The notes beneath the pieces were generated by a model that ran no database searches, had not been told where the DNA came from, and saw nothing but the letters and a program-made list of their open reading frames with translations. The translations under genes and the position numbers were made by a program. From contig OZ176052.1 of NCBI GenBank assembly GCA_964247055.1, positions 13,702,001 to 13,766,000 of the forward strand: a stretch of DNA of 64,000 bases. The letters are read 5' to 3'. Positions 58,501 through 64,000 of the stretch are shown here, piece after piece (within the stretch, counting starts at the first letter, position 1; every line of letters starts with the position of its first letter). This DNA is from Paragordius varius (lineage: Eukaryota > Animalia > Nematomorpha).

Positions 58501-61500
58501 GTATAAAATAAATTTTTTAAATATTTAAAAAATTCATAAAAAATACATTTATACTCCGATCTCGAAAATATTTGGGGTGATGATGGAACTACCATAGGGC
58601 TACCCAAAAAAAATTATAGTGACATCACCTGATCAAATTTGGATTTTAGGTAGCCATTTTTATTTTTAAAATCGTATAAAATAAATTTTTTAAATATTTA
58701 AAAAATTCATAAAAATTACATTTATACTCCGATCTCGAAAATATTTGGGGTGATGATGGAACATAGGGCTACCCAAAAAAAATTATAGTGACATCACCTT
58801 ATCAAATTTGGATTTTAGGTAGCCATTTTTATTTTTAAAATCGTATAAAATAAATTTTTTAAATATTTAAAAAATTCATAAAAAATACATTTATACTCCG
58901 ATCTCGAAAATATTTGGGGTGATGATGGAACTACCATAGGGCTACCCAAAAAAAATTATAGTGACATCACCTGATCAAATTTGGATTTTAGGTAGCCATT
59001 TTTATTTTTAAAATCGTATAAAATAAATTTTTTAAATATTTAAAAAATTCATAAAAATTACATTTATAGTCCGATCCCCAAAATATTTGGGGTGATGATA
59101 GAACTACCATAGGGCTACCCAAAAAAAATTATGGCGACATCACCTGATCAAATTTGGATTTTAGGCAGCCATTTGTATTTTTAAAATCGTATAAAATAAA
59201 TTTTTTAAATATTTAAAAAATTCATAAAAATTACATTTATACTCCGATCTCGAAAATATTTGGGGTGATGATGGAACTACCATAGGGCTACCCAAAAAAA
59301 TTATAGTGACATCACCTGATCAAATTTGGATTTTAGGTAGCCATTTTTATTTTTAAAATCGTATAAAATAAATTTTTTAAATATTTAAAAAATTCATAAA
59401 AATTACATTTATACTCCGATCTCGAAAATATTTGGGGTGATGATGGAACTACCATAGGGCTACCCAAAAAAAATTATAGTGACATCACCTGATCAAATTT
59501 GGATTTTAGGTAGCCATTTTTATTTTTAAAATCGTATAAAATAAATTTTTTAAATATTTAAAAAATTCATAAAAACTACATTTATAGTCCGATCCCCAAA
59601 ATATTTGGGGTGATGATAGAACTACCATAGGGCTACCCAAAAAATATTATGGCGACATCACCTGATCAAATTTAGGTTTTAGGTAGCCATTTTTATTTTA
59701 TAAAATAAATTTTTTAAATATTTAAAAAATTCAAAAAAATTAGATTTATACTCCGATCTCGACAATATTTGGGGTGATGATGGAATTACCATAGGGCTAC
59801 CCAAAAAAAATTATGGTGACATCACCTGATCAAATTTGGATTTTAGGTAGCCATTTTTATTTTATAAAATAAATTTTTTAAATATTTAAAAAATTAATAA
59901 AAATTACATTTATAGTCCGATCCCCAAAATATTTGGGGTGATGATAGAACTACCATAGGGCTACCCAAAAAAAATTATGGCGACATCACCTGATCAAATT
60001 TGGATTTTAGGTAGATATTTTTATTTTTAAATCGTATAAAATAAATTTTTTAAATATTTAAAAAATTCAAAAAAATTAGATTTATACTCCGATCTCGACA
60101 ATATTTGGGGTGATGATGGAATTACCATAGGGCTACCCAAAAAAAATTATGGTGACATCACCTGATCAAATTTGGATTTTAGGTAGCCATTTTTATTTTT
60201 AATATCGTATAAAATAAATTTTTTAAAAATTTAAAAAATTAATAAAAATTACATTTATACTCCGATCTCGAAAATATTTGGGGTGATGATGGAACTACCA
60301 TAGGGCTACCCAAAAAAAATTATGGTGACATCACCTGATCAAATTTGGATTTTAGGTAGCCATTTTTATTTTTAAAATCGTATAAAATAAATTTTTTAAA
60401 TATTTAAAAAATTCATAAAAATTACATTTATAGTCCGATCCCCAAAATATTTGGGGTGATGATGGAACTACCATAGGGCTACGCAAAAAAAATTATGGCG
60501 ACATCACCTGATCAAATTTGGATTTTAGGTAGCCATTTTTATTTTTAAAATCGTATAAAATAAATTTTTTAAATATTTAAAAAATTCAAAAAAATTACAT
60601 TTATACTCCGATCTCGACAATATTTGGGGTGATGATGGAACTACCATAGGGCTACCCAAAAAAAATTATGGTGACATCACCTGATCAAATTTGGATTTTA
60701 GGTAGCCATTTTTATTTTTAAAATCGTATAAAATAAATTTTTTAAATATTTAAAAAATTCATAAAAATTACATTTAAAGTCCGATCCCAAAAATATTTGG
60801 GGTTATGATGGAACTACCATAGGGCTACCCAAAAAAAATTATGGTGACATCACCTGATCAAATTTGGATTTTAGGTAGCCATTTTTATTTTTAAAATCGT
60901 ATAAAATAAATTTTTTAAATATTTAAAAAATTCATAAAAATTACATTTATACTCCGATCTCGAAAATATTTGGGGTGATGATGGAACTACCATAGGGCTA
61001 CCCAAAAAAAATTATAGTGACATCACCTGATCAAATTTGGATTTTAGGTAGCCATTTTTATTTTTAAAATCGTATAAAATAAATTTTTTAAATATTTAAA
61101 AAATTCATAAAAATTACATTTATAGTCCGATCCCCAAAAATTTAGGGTGATGATGGAACTACCATAGGGCTACCCAAAAAAAATTATGGTGACATCACCT
61201 GATCAAATTTGGATTTTAGGTAGCCATTTTTATTTTTAAAATCGTATAAAATAAATTTTTTAAATATTTAAAAACTTCATAAAAATTACATTTATAGTCC
61301 GATCCCCAAAATATTTGGGGTGATGATGGAACTACCATAGGGCTACCCAAAAAAAATTATGGCGACATCACCTGATCAAATTTGGATTTTAGGTAGCCAT
61401 TTTTATTTTTAAAATCATATAAAATAAATTTTTTAAATATTTAAAAAATTCAAAAAAATTACATTTATACTCCGATCTCGACAATATTTGGGGTGATGAT

Positions 61501-61619
61501 GGAACTACCATAGGGCTACCCAAAAAAAATTATGGTGACATCACCTGATCAAATTTGGATTTTAGGTAGCCATTTTTATTTTTAAAATCGTATAAAATAA
61601 ATTTTTTAAATATTTAAAA

Positions 61620-64000
61620 AATTCATAAAAATTATATTTATACTCCGATCTCGAAAATATTTGGGGTGATGATGGAACTAGCATAGGGCTACCCAAAAAA
61701 AATTATGGTGACATCACCTGATCAAATTTGGATTTTAGGTAGCCATTTTTATTTTTAAAATCGTATAAAATAAATTTTTTAAATATTTAAAAAATTCATA
61801 AAAATTACATTTATACTCCGATCTCGAAAATATTTGGGGTGATGATGGAACTACCATAGGGCTACCCAAAAAAAATTATAGTGACATCACCTGATCAAAT
61901 TTGGATTTTAGGTAGCCATTTTTATTTTTAAAATCCTATAAAATAAATTTTTTAAATATTAAAAAAATTCATAAAAATTACATTTATAGTCCGATCCCCA
62001 AAGTATTTGGGGTGATGATGGAACTACCATAGGGCTACCCAAAAAAATTATAGTGACATCACCTGATCAAATTTGGATTTTAGGTAGCCATTTTTATTTT
62101 TAAAATCGTATAAAATAAATTTTTTAAATATTTAAAAAATTCATAAAAATTACATTTATACTCCGATCTCGAAAATATTTGGGGTGATGATGGAACTACC
62201 ATAGGGCTACCCAAAAAAAATTATAGTGACATCACCTGATCAAATTTGGATTTTAGGTAGCCATTTTTATTTTTAAAATCCTATAAAATAAATTTTTTAA
62301 ATATTAAAAAAATTCATAAAAATTACATTTATAGTCCGATCCCCAAAGTATTTGGGGTGATGATGGAACTACCATAGGGCTACCCAAAAAAATTATAGTG
62401 ACATCACCTGATCAAATTTGGATTTTAGGTAGCCATTTTTATTTTTAAAATCGTATAAAATAAATTTTTTAAATATTTAAAAAATTCATAAAAATTACAT
62501 TTATACTCCGATCTCGAAAATATTTCGGGTGATGATGGAACTACCATAGGGCTACCCAAAAAAATATAGTGACATCACCTGATCAAATTTGGATTTTAGG
62601 TAGCCATTTTTATTTTTAAAATCGTATAAAATAAATTTTTTAAATATTTAAAAAATTCATAAAAATTACATTTATACTCCGATCTCGAAAATATTTGGGG
62701 TGATGATGGAACTACCATAGGGCTACCCAAAAAAATTATAGTGACATCACCTGATCAAATTTGGATTTTAGTTAGCCATTTTTATTTTTAAAATCGTATA
62801 AAATAAATTTTTTAAATATTTAAAAAATTCATAAAAATTATATTTATACTCCGATCTCGAAAATATTTGGGGTGATGATGGAACTAGCATAGGGCTACCC
62901 AAAAAAAATTATGGTGACATCACCTGATCAAATTTGGATTTTAGGTAGCCATTTTTATTTTTAAAATCGTATAAAATAAATTTTTTAAATATTTAAAAAA
63001 TTCATAAAAATTACATTTATACTCCGATCTCGAAAATATTTGGGGTGATGATGGAACTAGCATAGGGCTACCCAAAAAAAATTATGGTGACATCACCTGA
63101 TCAAATTTGGATTTTAGGTAGCCATTTTTATTTTTAAAATCGTATAAAATAAATTTTTTAAATATTTAAAAAATTCATAAAAATTACATTTATACTCCGA
63201 TCTCGAAAATATTTGGGGTGATGATGGAACTACCATAGGGCTACCCAAAAAAAATTATAGTGACATCACCTGATCAAATTTGGATTTTAGGTAGCCATTT
63301 TTATTTTTAAAATCCTATAAAATAAATTTTTTAAATATTAAAAAAATTCATAAAAATTACATTTATAGTCCGATCCCCAAAGTATTTGGGGTGATGATGG
63401 AACTACCATAGGGCTACCCAAAAAAATTATAGTGACATCACCTGATCAAATTTGGATTTTAGGTAGCCATTTTTATTTTTAAAATCGTATAAAATAAATT
63501 TTTTAAATATTTAAAAAATTCATAAAAATTACATTTATACTCCGATCTCGAAAATATTTGGGGTGATGATGGAACTACCATAGGGCTACCCAAAAAAAAT
63601 TATAGTGACATCACCTGATCAAATTTGGATTTTAGGTAGCCATTTTTATTTTTAAAATCCTATAAAATAAATTTTTTAAATATTAAAAAAATTCATAAAA
63701 ATTACATTTATAGTCCGATCCCCAAAGTATTTGGGGTGATGATGGAACTACCATAGGGCTACCCAAAAAAATTATAGTGACATCACCTGATCAAATTTGG
63801 ATTTTAGGTAGCCATTTTTATTTTTAAAATCGTATAAAATAAATTTTTTAAATATTTAAAAAATTCATAAAAATTACATTTATACTCCGATCTCGAAAAT
63901 ATTTCGGGTGATGATGGAACTACCATAGGGCTACCCAAAAAAATATAGTGACATCACCTGATCAAATTTGGATTTTAGGTAGCCATTTTTATTTTTAAAA
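61620..64000. repeat. 8-mer duplication (1379 bp) containing a dimer duplication (345 bp)
   Basis: AATCCTAT occurs at 61935, 62280, 63314 and 63659. TTTCGGGTG occurs at 62526 and 63905. Confidence 0.88.

Larger units (their letters stand above)
1..64000. repeat. Tandem satellite DNA array, 173-bp monomer, ~370 copies, single orientation, extending past both window ends
   Basis: AAATATTTGGGG at 1 recurs at 174 and with the same period to the end of the window. Copies differ only by scattered SNPs and short indels, with no unique spacer or foreign sequence. 64000/173 is about 370. Confidence 0.99.

Noticed and set aside
1-64000. Protein-coding ORFs from the recurring ATG codons (GATGATGG, TTATGG)
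   Set aside because: The 173-bp period is not a multiple of 3, the AT-rich half has many TAA stops on both strands, and indels are tolerated freely. There is no coding signature.
1-64000. CRISPR array
   Set aside because: There are no unique spacers (the whole unit repeats), the period is too long, and no cas genes are present.
1-64000. Transposon insertion, inversion or other foreign DNA hidden in the array
   Set aside because: Reading from end to end, I found only monomer-derived sequence in one orientation. The largest departures are deletions of about 12 bp or less.
1-64000. Strict A/B dimer (~346-bp unit)
   Set aside because: The type order is irregular (e.g. B,A,A,B,A,B,B,B,A,A,A,B at 2.9-4.9 kb). 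Dimer repeats are only local, such as 61.9-62.4 kb.
1-64000. rDNA spacer, tRNA or 5S tandem array, or replication-origin iterons
   Set aside because: There is no recognisable RNA-gene sequence, cloverleaf or Pol III internal promoter, and no adjacent rep gene. The scale fits satellite DNA.

Overview
The whole 64,000-base window is one uninterrupted, head-to-tail tandem satellite array: about 370 copies of a 173-bp monomer (~26% GC by hand count), all in one orientation and running off both window edges. Consensus: AAATATTTGGGGTGATGATGGAACTACCATAGGGCTACCCAAAAAAAATTATGG(C/T)GACATCACCTGATCAAATTTGGATTTTAGGTAGCCATTTTTATTTTTAAAATCGTATAAAATAAATTTTTTAAATATTTAAAAAATTCATAAAAATTACATTTATA(C/G)TCCGATC(T/C)C(G/C/A)A. 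I see no coding gene, RNA gene, transposon insertion, inversion or CRISPR array, and no evidence for a new gene-based system. The structure of interest lies in the repeat itself. (1) The monomer is rich in dyads, including a perfect 24-bp AT palindrome and a ~58-bp nested imperfect inverted repeat. (2) Linked SNPs define three monomer haplotypes (A, B, C), which are regionally distributed. (3) Private SNPs and indels reveal a patchwork of local higher-order duplications with periods from 2 to 20 monomers, plus copies displaced by ~9.7 and ~15.4 kb. This looks like a eukaryotic (peri)centromeric or heterochromatic satellite, but the organism, family name and centromere function cannot be established from the sequence alone. 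Offsets were counted by hand from marker variants and block boundaries are approximate.
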